Positions 18,150 through 28,315 are shown, counted from the first letter of the stretch. The stretch: DNA of 64,000 bases from Bacteroidota bacterium (GCA_037133915.1 JBAXND010000007.1:4085-68084); one strand, 5' to 3'. Notes: generated from the sequence alone by a model not told the origin. Translations and numbers: made by a program.

Positions 18150-19895
18150 TTGCGGTTCAAAATAACAGCAGTGGGCAAGCACATTTTTCGTATTTCCGTT
18201 TTCATTCTTTTTGCTGCTGCATGGGTATTGTCCATGAAAACAGGCAATGCCCAGAACAGCTTTGACAATAAATCCCGGGCGGAATATATTTTCGATATTA
18301 CAAGATACGTTACCTGGCCAGAAGCATATGAAATAGACACCATGAAATTTGCCGTGCTGGCAAGAGATTCAGCCCTTGTATATGAATTGGAAAAATTGGC
18401 GAATCGGGTAAAAATAAACGGTAAGCCTGTGAAGATATTGCTATTCACCAGTTATTCGGAAATAATACCCGTGCAGGCGCTTTACCTGAATAAGGAAAGT
18501 AATTATGATATAGACAAGGTGCTCAGAGTTATCAAAGGAACAAGCACCTTGCTCATCAGCGAAAACTATGAATATCATAAATCAATGATTAACTTCATAA
18601 TGTCTGATGGAAAGAAGCGTTTTGAAATTAATGAAGACCGCTTATACGAAGAGGATTTAACAGTAATACCGGCACTTCTGGCTCTTTCTGTAAATACACC
18701 TTCCGATTGGGAAGCACTTTACGAGAAGACCGATCAGGCACTGCAAAAAGAAAAACAGATTGTTGAGGAACAACAGGCAACAATCGAAAAACAAAAAGCT
18801 GAAATTGATGAAAAGGTGCGTCAGATTAAGGGAATGAATGATGAGATTGTTGAAAAACAAAGCAGAATAGACCAGCAGAACAACGATATACTTTTTCAGA
18901 AAAACAGACTGTACTCGCTGGTTACCGACATTTCTGAACAGCAAAAAGTATTACGCAATAAAACACTGGTACTTGATTCGCAGAATCAGGAAATTGACGC
19001 ACAAAAAAACATTCTGAAACAGCAGGTTGATGAAATTTCCGGTCAGGAATTAAAAATTCAGGACCAAAAAACAGCCATGGTTCAGCAGCTTGAACGGATT
19101 CATATTCAAAGCCTCGCGCTGGCGTTATTTATCACATTGCTTGTTTTAATAATTATACTCGGATACTTTATTTGGCGTGCATACCGCATTAAAAAACAGG
19201 CGCACAGAGAACTTGAGGTGAAAAACAGGCTTATTGTGGCGCAAAATGCTGCCATTGAGCTTGAAAAAGATAAATCAGACCGGTTGCTGCTGAATATTCT
19301 GCCGGTGCGTGTGGCCAACGATTTGAAAATGAAGGGGCGCACCGACCCACAAGTGTTTCATAATGTATCCGTAATGTTTACCGATATTGTCGGATTTACA
19401 AAAGTTTCATCAGGATACGGCCCTCAGCGCCTCATAGACGAGTTGAATGAGTTATTTACCGCCTTTGACAATATCATGGAAACAAACGGTTGCGAACGCA
19501 TAAAAACAATAGGCGATGCATACCTCGCCGTTTGTGGAATGCCGGTCGAAAACCCGCGTCACGCCGAGCGAATGACGCAAGCTGCCATGGATATTCTGGA
19601 CTATCTGAACCACCGGAATGAAACTTCGGAAATAAAATGGAAGGTGCGCATTGGTGTTCATTCCGGTGATGTTGTAGGGGGCGTTGTGGGCGTTAAAAAA
19701 TATATTTACGACGTATTCGGCGACACTATCAACACGGCATCACGCATGGAAAGCCACTCAGAACCTATGATGATAAATGTATCTGAACCAACTTACAGCA
19801 TAATAAAAGACGCATTCATTATGGAAAAGCGTGAAGGTCTTCACGTAAAAGGAAAAGGAATGATGAATATGTACTTTCTTCGCGGAAAACGTTAG
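18150..19895 (+). CDS. Membrane-anchored class III adenylate/guanylate cyclase with extracytoplasmic YfiR-like (DUF4154-like) domain and coiled coil
   Basis: Cyclase core VSVMFTDIVGFTKVSS ... ERIKTIGDAYLAVCGMP ... VRIGVHSGDVVGGVVGVKKYIYDVFGDTINTASRMESH. The N-terminal AEYIFDITRYVTWPE is YfiR/DUF4154-like. A Q/E/K-rich coiled coil runs at about aa 195-320, then a TM (LALALFITLLVLIIILGYFIW). The start codon is uncertain: TTG at 18150 or the in-frame GTG seven codons later. Confidence 0.8.
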   Translation: MRFKITAVGKHIFRISVFILFAAAWVLSMKTGNAQNSFDNKSRAEYIFDITRYVTWPEAYEIDTMKFAVLARDSALVYELEKLANRVKINGKPVKILLFTSYSEIIPVQALYLNKESNYDIDKVLRVIKGTSTLLISENYEYHKSMINFIMSDGKKRFEINEDRLYEEDLTVIPALLALSVNTPSDWEALYEKTDQALQKEKQIVEEQQATIEKQKAEIDEKVRQIKGMNDEIVEKQSRIDQQNNDILFQKNRLYSLVTDISEQQKVLRNKTLVLDSQNQEIDAQKNILKQQVDEISGQELKIQDQKTAMVQQLERIHIQSLALALFITLLVLIIILGYFIWRAYRIKKQAHRELEVKNRLIVAQNAAIELEKDKSDRLLLNILPVRVANDLKMKGRTDPQVFHNVSVMFTDIVGFTKVSSGYGPQRLIDELNELFTAFDNIMETNGCERIKTIGDAYLAVCGMPVENPRHAERMTQAAMDILDYLNHRNETSEIKWKVRIGVHSGDVVGGVVGVKKYIYDVFGDTINTASRMESHSEPMMINVSEPTYSIIKDAFIMEKREGLHVKGKGMMNMYFLRGKR

Positions 19896-20107
19896 TTACA
19901 CACCATTACGGTGGTACGATTCCCCACAGTAGCAGTTTGTCCGTCAACATTATTCAACTGTGAGCCACAATACTCTGCAGGACTGTCCTCGCTGATTTTC
20001 ACACCGTCTTCGTATGTTACCCAACGGCAATTTTTACAATCATTTTTACACGAAACCAGCACAGTTACAGCCAGAACGGTAAATGCTAAAAAAAACAGTT
20101 TTCTCAT
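19892..20107 (-). CDS. Small cysteine-rich putative lipoprotein
   Basis: MRKLFFLAFTVLAVTVLVSC lipobox, then CKNDCKNCRW...YCGSQ...MVCN. About 50 aa when mature. Its 3' end overlaps the cyclase stop by 4 nt. No homology recognised. Confidence 0.4.
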   Translation of the reverse strand: MRKLFFLAFTVLAVTVLVSCKNDCKNCRWVTYEDGVKISEDSPAEYCGSQLNNVDGQTATVGNRTTVMVCN

Positions 20108-20184
20108 GGACACGTATATTTTCGATACAAAAATAGCGAAATTTTTATTTCAACCTTCACCTTTTCCGCTTCGTAAATTCAGTC

Positions 20185-20192
20185 TATCTTTG
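20185..20192 (+). promoter_or_regulatory. Candidate -7 promoter box TAtcTTTG
   Basis: Matches TAnnTTTG and lies 15 nt upstream of the TTG start at 20207. Confidence 0.35.
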
Positions 20193-20206
20193 CAAAAACT
20201 ATCACA

Positions 20207-21445
20207 TTGAACAACATTATAACTGATACCACTACGGAATTCATCGCTAAAACCTTTGCCGGAACAGAAGAACTGCTTGCCGGCGAACTCGCCGCTACAG
20301 GCGCAACAGACATTAGAATCCTGAAACGTGCGGTTGCCTTCAGCGGCACTACCGAGCACCTTTACCGGGCAAATTACACCTGTCGTACAGCTCTTCGCAT
20401 TCTCAAACCTATTTTTATTTTTGATATTGAAACCGAAGAAGACCTTTACAAACAGATATACAGTCTGGCATGGGAAAAAATATTTTCACTGGAGCAGACC
20501 TTTGCCATCGATTCCTTTGTACATGAGTCAGTGCTAACGCATTCCCTGTATGTTTCCCTTAAAGCGAAAGACGCTATTGCCGACCATTTCCGCGATAATT
20601 GCGGAAAGCGTCCCTCGGTTGACACCAACCATCCCGATATCCGCATCAACCTGCATCTGGCAGCCAACAAGGTAACCCTGTCAATCGACAGTTCAGGCGA
20701 ATCGCTGCATAAACGCGGCTACCGCATTGCACAAGGCCCCGCTCCCATCAGCGAAGCATTGGGTGCCGCATTGATAATGTTCACCGGATGGCACGGACAG
20801 TGTAACTTCTTTGACCCCATGTGCGGATCAGGTACGCTGGTTACCGAAGCGGCCATGATAGCCCAGAAAATTCCTGCAGGTTATTATCGCAGCAGCTTCG
20901 GATTCATGAACTGGAACGACTTCGACAAAGAGCTCTGGGAAAAAATAGTGGACGAAGAAAATGCGAAAATCTGCGAAAGCGATTGCGAAATACACGGTTC
21001 CGACAACTCACAACCGGCTCTTGACAACGCTATAAAGAATATTTCAAATGCACGGCTTCACCGCGACATTGAACTGCATCACACGGCCATGGCCGATTTC
21101 GACTTCCCTGAAGGACCCGGTATCATTGTTACCAATCCGCCTTATGGCGAACGTATGCAGGAAGAAGATCTGGTTGCGCTGTACCAAAGCATGGGCGACA
21201 CTCTGAAGAAAAAATGCAACGGCTATGATGCATGGATTATTTCATCAGGGCTCGATGCATTTAAATTTCTTGGTCTGAAACCAACAAAAAAAATGACCCT
21301 TTACAACGGTCCGCTCGAATGCCGGTACGCATGTTTTTCTGTTTACGAAGGAAGCAAAAAAACTAAGTATAATGAAGCGGCATTGCCAGAATCCACTGAA
21401 TCAACTGAAGGTGAAGGTCAAACTGAAGAATTGGGTCAGGAATAG
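20207..21445 (+). CDS. THUMP-domain class I SAM-dependent RNA methyltransferase (RlmL/YpsC-like)
   Basis: The N-terminal FIAKTFAGTEELLAGELAATGA is the THUMP-family start. DPMCGSGTLVTEAAM is the SAM motif. IIVTNPPYGERM is the NPPY catalytic motif. TTG start, with no nearby in-frame ATG. Confidence 0.8.
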   Translation: MNNIITDTTTEFIAKTFAGTEELLAGELAATGATDIRILKRAVAFSGTTEHLYRANYTCRTALRILKPIFIFDIETEEDLYKQIYSLAWEKIFSLEQTFAIDSFVHESVLTHSLYVSLKAKDAIADHFRDNCGKRPSVDTNHPDIRINLHLAANKVTLSIDSSGESLHKRGYRIAQGPAPISEALGAALIMFTGWHGQCNFFDPMCGSGTLVTEAAMIAQKIPAGYYRSSFGFMNWNDFDKELWEKIVDEENAKICESDCEIHGSDNSQPALDNAIKNISNARLHRDIELHHTAMADFDFPEGPGIIVTNPPYGERMQEEDLVALYQSMGDTLKKKCNGYDAWIISSGLDAFKFLGLKPTKKMTLYNGPLECRYACFSVYEGSKKTKYNEAALPESTESTEGEGQTEELGQE

Positions 21446-21539
21446 AACCGACATCAATTTTTGATTCACTCTACAGATTTTATTTATATTTGTCACTCTT
21501 ACTAACGGCGCTTCGTGTGCCACGAATACGCATGAACTG

Positions 21540-22694
21540 ATGAAAAGAATCCCGTTTATTGCCGCATTACTGCTTGTTATTATTTGCAACATTTCAAAAG
21601 CGCAGGAAACCTTTCTGGATGTAAAGATATACACAGGATTCCGCATCACATCCCTCACGATTACACCTATAATCGGTAAATATGTCTTATTCGAAAACGA
21701 CACACGAATAGCCGATGTTCTTAAAACAGGATCCGTTACACTGAAAGCTGATAGTGAAAAAGTTGCCGTTATCAGAAATGGCGAAACATTGGGAAAATTC
21801 ACATCCATCGCCATTACAGGCGACGGAATGATTAACGCCATCAAAATCAAACCACTCAATACCACTGCCAAAGAACGTACCTATGATGATGACATCCGCG
21901 TAAGCGTAGTAAACGGCGCATTTCTCATCATCAATCACTGCGAACTCGAAGGTTACGTATCGGGCGTGGTTCAGAGCGAAGGCGGGGGCTCAGCCAAAGA
22001 CGCAGAGTTTTTTTTGGTACAGTCAACAACATGCCGTACGTATGCTCTTAACAACATGAAAAAGCACATCAAAGATGGCTTCAATCTGTGCGACAGCGTG
22101 CATTGCCAGCTATATTCCGGCCGTTGTAAAAGCGTTGAAATACTTGCTGCAACCTACAAAACCGCCGGTGACGTTATCGTTGACAAAGACAAAAACATGA
22201 TTTCGGCAGCCTTCCATTCCAACTCCGGAGGACAAACCATCAATTCAGAAGACCTTTGGAAAATACCTACCTCCTACCTGCGCTCGGTACAGGACACGTT
22301 TTCACTTGCAATGCCCGGTGCCTATTGGGAAAAGAGAAAACCCGTAACCGAGTGGCTCGATTATCTTCAGCACAAATACAACTACCCTGTGAACGACTCG
22401 GTAATGAAGCGTAAAGCACTCAACTTCCAGCAACCCGTGCGTATGGTCTATTTTGAAGACAGCATTCCATTGGCAAATATTCGCGCCGACCTTGGATTGC
22501 GCTCTACCTTCTTTTCTATATCAAAACAGGGCAGCGAAATTGTTTTCAAAGGACGGGGCTACGGACACGGCGTTGGACTGAGCCAACAAGGCGCCATGCG
22601 TATGTCGCAACTTGGATATACCTACCGCGACATCATCCGTTTTTATTACAAAGATGTGGATATCGTTCCCTACGAATCCCTGCAGGGCAAATAA
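21540..22694 (+). CDS. SpoIID/LytB-domain protein (peptidoglycan-remodelling family)
   Basis: Signal peptide present. LEGYVSGVVQSEGGG, TTCRTYALNN, CDSVHCQLYSG, AAFHSNSGGQT and GRGYGHGVGLSQQGAMRMSQLGYTYRDII are the conserved SpoIID blocks. Confidence 0.8.
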   Translation: MKRIPFIAALLLVIICNISKAQETFLDVKIYTGFRITSLTITPIIGKYVLFENDTRIADVLKTGSVTLKADSEKVAVIRNGETLGKFTSIAITGDGMINAIKIKPLNTTAKERTYDDDIRVSVVNGAFLIINHCELEGYVSGVVQSEGGGSAKDAEFFLVQSTTCRTYALNNMKKHIKDGFNLCDSVHCQLYSGRCKSVEILAATYKTAGDVIVDKDKNMISAAFHSNSGGQTINSEDLWKIPTSYLRSVQDTFSLAMPGAYWEKRKPVTEWLDYLQHKYNYPVNDSVMKRKALNFQQPVRMVYFEDSIPLANIRADLGLRSTFFSISKQGSEIVFKGRGYGHGVGLSQQGAMRMSQLGYTYRDIIRFYYKDVDIVPYESLQGK

Positions 22695-22811
22695 TTCCAC
22701 ATCATAAAATCTCATCCTTTTACACCCGTTACATATCTCAACGAATATTTGTAATATTGCAAAGACTCATGCCGGAATCAGGCTTCGCATTCCGGTTTGC
22801 AATAAAAAAAT

Positions 22812-24584
22812 ATGAAACCTCTGAAAAATATTCCGGGTCGGATACTTAAAAAATCATGGTCGTTTATTAAAACCATCCTTATTGAAGTCATGATTATCGT
22901 GAGCTTTATGGTGGTGATTAATAATTATATCGGAAAACCGGAAAACAACATAAATGCCGACGGCGTTGGATATTATGATTACCTGCCATCCATTTTTATA
23001 CATCATGATTTTATCCGTAAGAATGCAACGACAGATAAAAATCCGTTGTTGTACAAACGTGTCGATAATTTCGGAGGTTACGTGCCCTACGGAAACTTCA
23101 AGGTAAATAAGTATACCTGTGGAACCGCACTGCTGCAGCTGCCATTTTTTATTGCAGCACGTCAAACAGCTACCTTAGAAAGAAATTTTAACGATGGCTT
23201 TCAAATGCCGTTTCAGCGAGGCGTTAGAGTAGCTGCCCTTTTTTATCTCTTCCTTAGTTTGTTCTTCTTAAAGAAAACACTGAAACTCTTTGATATTAAA
23301 ATCTGGGTAATCGCCCTGATGCAATTGTTGTTAGTATTTGCTACGGGGGTTTCACATTACGCCAATTATGACGCGGCATTCAGTCATATTTACTCTTTGT
23401 TTGCCATAATGGTTTTTTCGTATTTTGTCAAATCATTTTTTAAAAGCCACAGCGCACGCGATATTATTTTAGCCTGTATGATGCTCGGATTAATCATAAT
23501 TTTACGACAGATTAACTTTATCATCATACTCTTCATCCCTTTTCTTGCCGGTTCTTCTGCCGTATTTAAAGCAGGCATGAGAAGTTTATTTAAAAAGCCG
23601 GCAGCACTTGCAATCGGGATTCTTTCAGCTGCTGCCGTAGTTTTTATTCAGTGTCTGGCCTGGTACGCACAAACGGGAAGTTTTATATTATACTCCTATC
23701 AGGGCGAAGGATTTAACTTCGCACATCCCGAAATCATCAACGTACTGTTTAGTTTCCAGAAAGGCTTGTTTGTTTACACTCCTGTACTGATTATTTCACT
23801 CTTCGGTCTCGCCTGGCTGGCATACAAACGGCTGTTTTATCAGCTTCTGAGCTGGCTGGCATTCTTCCTGATTCTGACTTATGTACTGGCATCATGGCAC
23901 AACTGGTACTATGGCTCCAGCTTCGGACTCAGAGCCTACATCGACTTTTACGCGGTGTTCTTCATTCTGTTTGCAATATTTCTCAATGGTATAGGAACAA
24001 TTATGAAAGTAATCATTGCCCTGATCAGCCTGATAACGATTCCTGTAAACATCATCCAAACATACCAGTATAAAGTTTTCATACTGCACTGGTATGAAAT
24101 GGATTATTCAAAATACAAAAAAGTATTTTTAAGGACAGACACACGGTTCAGAGGATGGTTGTGGAAAAGAAGTATTGCCGACGACGCTTTTCAGACGTTG
24201 AAAGAAATCAGAATCGACAGTGCTGATGCTCCTGTCAATACCGAGAAATTGATTTACAAACTTAAATCCAAAGAATTTCCGCAGTTTGATAAGGCGAGTA
24301 TTTTACAAATTAAGGCCGATAATGGATTTGACGCGGATAACAATGCCAAAGTCCTGGTAAGCATTAATGATACCGCCATCGGAAAAAATTATTACTGGTA
24401 CGACCCCTATTTTATTTCATATTGCGAGAAAAATACAGGCGAATGGCAAACCGGCGTGTTTAATTACGAGCTTCCGGTTATAAACGATACAGCAGAAAAA
24501 ACACTTGAGATTAAACTGTGCTCCAAAAACCAACATGATGTGCTTAAAAATATCCGGATAAAATTCCTCGGTCCGAAGCCCTGA
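22812..24584 (+). CDS. Polytopic membrane protein, possibly a GT-C-type glycosyltransferase (ArnT/PMT-like), with a C-terminal soluble domain
   Basis: About 12 hydrophobic segments over aa 15-430, then a ~150-aa hydrophilic tail. The overall layout resembles GT-C enzymes, but I recognise no diagnostic motif. Confidence 0.4.
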   Translation: MKPLKNIPGRILKKSWSFIKTILIEVMIIVSFMVVINNYIGKPENNINADGVGYYDYLPSIFIHHDFIRKNATTDKNPLLYKRVDNFGGYVPYGNFKVNKYTCGTALLQLPFFIAARQTATLERNFNDGFQMPFQRGVRVAALFYLFLSLFFLKKTLKLFDIKIWVIALMQLLLVFATGVSHYANYDAAFSHIYSLFAIMVFSYFVKSFFKSHSARDIILACMMLGLIIILRQINFIIILFIPFLAGSSAVFKAGMRSLFKKPAALAIGILSAAAVVFIQCLAWYAQTGSFILYSYQGEGFNFAHPEIINVLFSFQKGLFVYTPVLIISLFGLAWLAYKRLFYQLLSWLAFFLILTYVLASWHNWYYGSSFGLRAYIDFYAVFFILFAIFLNGIGTIMKVIIALISLITIPVNIIQTYQYKVFILHWYEMDYSKYKKVFLRTDTRFRGWLWKRSIADDAFQTLKEIRIDSADAPVNTEKLIYKLKSKEFPQFDKASILQIKADNGFDADNNAKVLVSINDTAIGKNYYWYDPYFISYCEKNTGEWQTGVFNYELPVINDTAEKTLEIKLCSKNQHDVLKNIRIKFLGPKP

Positions 24585-24751
24585 TTTCAGTCTTATTAAA
24601 ACTATTATTGAACGCAGTATTGACACTCTGATTACAGCTTCCATCCCTATTTCAAATAACAAAGAGCGAAAATATCCGACATTCTCGTGCTTATGCATAT
24701 TAACGCCCGTTAATTTAAATTAACGTATCTTTACAACAAAAAAGAGAATCT

Positions 24752-26869
24752 ATGATACACTGGAACAGGTTTCCCCTGCTCCGCGTGCTCATTCCGTTTA
24801 TCGGCGGTGTGGGTGCCGCTTTAAGCATGGACAGGTCGTTTCATATTCACATTGCGGTATTTATTGTGCTCGCGTTTTTTTGCGGCCTGTTTTCATTGTT
24901 TGCCTACAAATGGGTGCAGTATCGACAGCGTTGGATATTCGGCCTTGCAGTTACCATTTTCTTTTTGCTGTGCGGATTCGAGATAACGATGCAGCGCACC
25001 GCTAAATTCAACGCCGGTTTCCCGGAAAAAATCAGCGAGCAATCCCGCTTTTTGGCGATGCGCATAACAGAGCCGATATCCGTAAAGGAAAAATCATGCA
25101 AGGCAGTGGTTGAATTACTGGCGATAAGCGATAGTAACGGTCCGCAAAAAGCACTTCAATGGCACGTTATCAAGTGCAATGCCATCGCTTATGTTGCAAA
25201 AGACAGCATGGCTGAACAGCTGAAATACGGTGACATCATTTTGGCAGATGCACCGCTCAAGGAAGTTGCCCCGCCGCAAAATCCCTATCAGTACGACTAC
25301 AAAAGCTATCTTGCGCGCAAAGGTGTGTATCATCAGGTTTACATCCGTAATAATAAGTGGCGCATGCTCAGTCGTGGGCACACGAATCCCATCTATAAAT
25401 TATCGTACAGTGCACGCGACAGACTGCTTTCTATTTTTGAAAACAACAACCTTGCAGGACGCGAATATGCCGTTATCAGTGCATTGCTGATTGGTTATAC
25501 CGACAAAATCGACCCTGAGCTGATGAAAGATTACTCAGGAACTGGTGCCATACATATTCTGAGTGTTTCGGGAATGCATGTCGGCGTTGTGTTCGTGGTG
25601 ATGAATCTGTTGCTCTTTTTTCTCGACAAAAATAAATACCTGAGAATACTAAAAGGCTTGCTGTTATTGGCATTTATATGGTTCTATGCCATGATTACCG
25701 GACTTTCGCCCTGCATACTCCGCGCCGCAGCAACCTTCAGTTTTATCATTATTGGCAGGGTAACACAGCAGCAGTCAAACATTTATAACACACTGGCCGC
25801 ATCCATTCTGTGCCTGCTCATAGTAAATCCATATTTCATTACCGATGTAGGCTTTCAGCTCTCCTACCTCGCCGTAATTGGTATTGTCGCCATCTATGAA
25901 CCCATATATAAATTATGGCGACCACGATATAAACTGATTGAAAAAATCTGGTCACTGATTGCGGTGTCAATTACCGCGCAGCTCGCCACGTTTCCACTGG
26001 CATTACTCTACTTCCACCAGTTTCCGAATTATTTTCTTGCAACAAACCTCATTGCTGTTCCATTATCAACAGTTATTATATATTGCGGAATGGGCGTTGT
26101 CGGATGTTCGTTTTTCCCCTGGCTTTCCGCCTGGCTCGGAAAAATTACGTCATGGCTTATTTGGTTAATGAACACTATGCTTCACCACCTGGAAAGCCTT
26201 CCGCACGCGGTATCCAGAGGACTCGTAATAAACACCTTTGAAATGGTAATGCTGTATGCCGCCATTGTACTGCTGTTCATGTGGCTTATGTCAAAGAAGA
26301 ACAACCTACTTGCGGCAACATTCATTTTATTCATTGGTCTGGCGTGTTCCTTTACATGGCGTAATTATGCTCACCATACTCAACGTGCAATGATTGTTTA
26401 CAGCGTCGCTAAAAGTGCCGGTGCCGATCTTATTCATGGAAACACGACTTACTTTATAGCCGATACAGGTCTTATCAATGACCCGTCTAAGCAGGATTTC
26501 AGCATACAGGGAAACCGCTGGCATCGGGGCATAAAACAAATACGTTCGCTTCAATCAGTCACAACAAATTTCCCCGATAATGAACCCATATACTGCCGAA
26601 ATAATTTTCTGAATTTCTGCGGCAAGCGTATTGCACTGCTCAACAGCTGCACTTCCAACACAAAAAAAATAAAAATCGATTACCTTCTTATCACAGCCAA
26701 TATTGATATAAAAATGAATGAAATCCTTGCGCAGTATGAGCCAGGCCTCATAATACTGTGCTCCGCTGTGTCAAACAAAAAAGCGAGACAATGGCAAAAC
26801 GAATGCAAAAAAGCGAGCGTTCCTTGCTATTCCGTAATAAACTCCGGTGCATTTGTGGCAGAATTTTAA
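24752..26869 (+). CDS. comEC: ComEC/Rec2-family DNA internalisation channel protein
   Basis: The competence domain is marked by YSGTGAIHILSVSGMHVGVVF and many TMs. The C-terminal ~200 aa resemble an MBL domain but lack HxHxDH (see findings). Confidence 0.85.
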   Translation: MIHWNRFPLLRVLIPFIGGVGAALSMDRSFHIHIAVFIVLAFFCGLFSLFAYKWVQYRQRWIFGLAVTIFFLLCGFEITMQRTAKFNAGFPEKISEQSRFLAMRITEPISVKEKSCKAVVELLAISDSNGPQKALQWHVIKCNAIAYVAKDSMAEQLKYGDIILADAPLKEVAPPQNPYQYDYKSYLARKGVYHQVYIRNNKWRMLSRGHTNPIYKLSYSARDRLLSIFENNNLAGREYAVISALLIGYTDKIDPELMKDYSGTGAIHILSVSGMHVGVVFVVMNLLLFFLDKNKYLRILKGLLLLAFIWFYAMITGLSPCILRAAATFSFIIIGRVTQQQSNIYNTLAASILCLLIVNPYFITDVGFQLSYLAVIGIVAIYEPIYKLWRPRYKLIEKIWSLIAVSITAQLATFPLALLYFHQFPNYFLATNLIAVPLSTVIIYCGMGVVGCSFFPWLSAWLGKITSWLIWLMNTMLHHLESLPHAVSRGLVINTFEMVMLYAAIVLLFMWLMSKKNNLLAATFILFIGLACSFTWRNYAHHTQRAMIVYSVAKSAGADLIHGNTTYFIADTGLINDPSKQDFSIQGNRWHRGIKQIRSLQSVTTNFPDNEPIYCRNNFLNFCGKRIALLNSCTSNTKKIKIDYLLITANIDIKMNEILAQYEPGLIILCSAVSNKKARQWQNECKKASVPCYSVINSGAFVAEF

Positions 26870-26890
26870 CTTTGCACTCAGCACACATAG

Positions 26891-28315
26891 ATGGAACGCA
26901 CAGAAGCACTCATACGAAAACAGTTCAGCTACACGCCTACGCCCGGTCAGGAAACCCTGATACCCAACCTCGCACGCTTCCTGGAAACAGATAAACACAA
27001 CCCGGTATTCATACTCAAAGGATATGCCGGCACCGGTAAAACCACTATAGTGAGTGCGCTGGTGAATATGATTCACCTTATCGGGAAAAAAGCGGTGCTG
27101 CTTGCTCCCACAGGCAGAGCGGCAAAAGTATTCAGCGGATATTCAGGCAAACAGGCGCTCACCATACATAAAAAAATATACAGGGTGAGCACTGCCAAAG
27201 ACGGTTCTGTAGTAATGGCACGACAACTCAATTTGCATCGCAACGCGCTGTTCATTGTTGATGAAGCATCTATGATTGCAACTGACACAAAATCATCAGG
27301 CGGTGAATTATTTGCCAGTTATAACCTACTTGAGAATCTTATAGATTACGTATTCAGTGGCGAGAACTGCAGCCTGATGCTGGTAGGTGACACGGCACAA
27401 TTGCCACCTGTTGGCCAGCAGGAAAGCCCCGCGCTTGAACATGCCTATATGAAGCGCACCTTTGACCTTACGGCAGGAGTTTTTGAATTGAGTGATGTGG
27501 TAAGGCAGGCTTCCGATTCGGGAATACTCGCCAATGCAACACTGCTGCGTAATGCAATTAAGAAAAACAAAATCAGTTTGCCTTTGTTCAGAATTGGCGA
27601 ACACAAGGATATTGTCAGGATTGGAGGTGCCGAACTCGAAGAGCTTCTGAATACTGAATTTGGAAATGATGACAAATCGGGTACAGTGGTGATTTGCCGG
27701 TCCAATAAACGTGCGAACCTTTTCAATCGTGAGATACGGTCGCGTGTTCTGTTTCATGAATCGGATATTGCAGCAGGCGATTTCATCATGGTGGTGAAGA
27801 ATAATTATTTCTGGCTGCCGGAAACATCGGCGGCAGGCTTCATTGCCAACGGTGATATCATGGAGATTATGCGAATCCATAAAACCGAAACCTTGTACGG
27901 CTTTCAGTTTGCCGATGTAACAGCACGGCTTGTTGATTATCCCGACGAACCTGAAATTGAAGTCAAGCTGCTGCTGGATACCATAACATCCGAATCTCCT
28001 GCCCTGCCCTGGACCGAAAACCGACGGCTGTATGCAGAAGTTCTTGAGGATTACAAAGACACTGCATCAAAATTCAAGCGTCTACAAAAGGTCAAGACAA
28101 ACCCTTATTTTAACGCGCTTCAGGTAAAATTTTCATACGCCCTCACCTGCCATAAAACTCAGGGCGGACAATGGAACACGGTGTTTATTGATCAGGGGTA
28201 TTTTAAAGAAGACATGCTGAATGCCGAATACCTTCAATGGCTTTACACGGCACTTACCCGTGCAACGGGAAAGGTATATCTTGTGAATTTCAACGAGCTG
28301 TTTTTTATTGATTAA
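26891..28315 (+). CDS. RecD/Pif1-like superfamily 1 DNA helicase
   Basis: GYAGTGKTT (Walker A), LLAPTGRAAK, FIVDEASMI (Walker B), MLVGDTAQLPPV and SYALTCHKTQGGQWNTVFI (motif VI). Confidence 0.8.
   Translation: MERTEALIRKQFSYTPTPGQETLIPNLARFLETDKHNPVFILKGYAGTGKTTIVSALVNMIHLIGKKAVLLAPTGRAAKVFSGYSGKQALTIHKKIYRVSTAKDGSVVMARQLNLHRNALFIVDEASMIATDTKSSGGELFASYNLLENLIDYVFSGENCSLMLVGDTAQLPPVGQQESPALEHAYMKRTFDLTAGVFELSDVVRQASDSGILANATLLRNAIKKNKISLPLFRIGEHKDIVRIGGAELEELLNTEFGNDDKSGTVVICRSNKRANLFNREIRSRVLFHESDIAAGDFIMVVKNNYFWLPETSAAGFIANGDIMEIMRIHKTETLYGFQFADVTARLVDYPDEPEIEVKLLLDTITSESPALPWTENRRLYAEVLEDYKDTASKFKRLQKVKTNPYFNALQVKFSYALTCHKTQGGQWNTVFIDQGYFKEDMLNAEYLQWLYTALTRATGKVYLVNFNELFFID

Noticed and set aside
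27326-27880. Long antisense or out-of-frame ORFs inside confidently called genes (this one, plus for example 1492-2007, 7795-8277, 10612-11040, 16968-17450, 31888-32547, 33664-34053, 37198-37764, 42727-43245, 45025-45444 and 60611-61030).
   Set aside because: They are shadow ORFs of well-supported genes on the opposite strand or in another frame. Their translations are compositionally odd (Arg/Cys/Ser-rich or low complexity) and motif-free.
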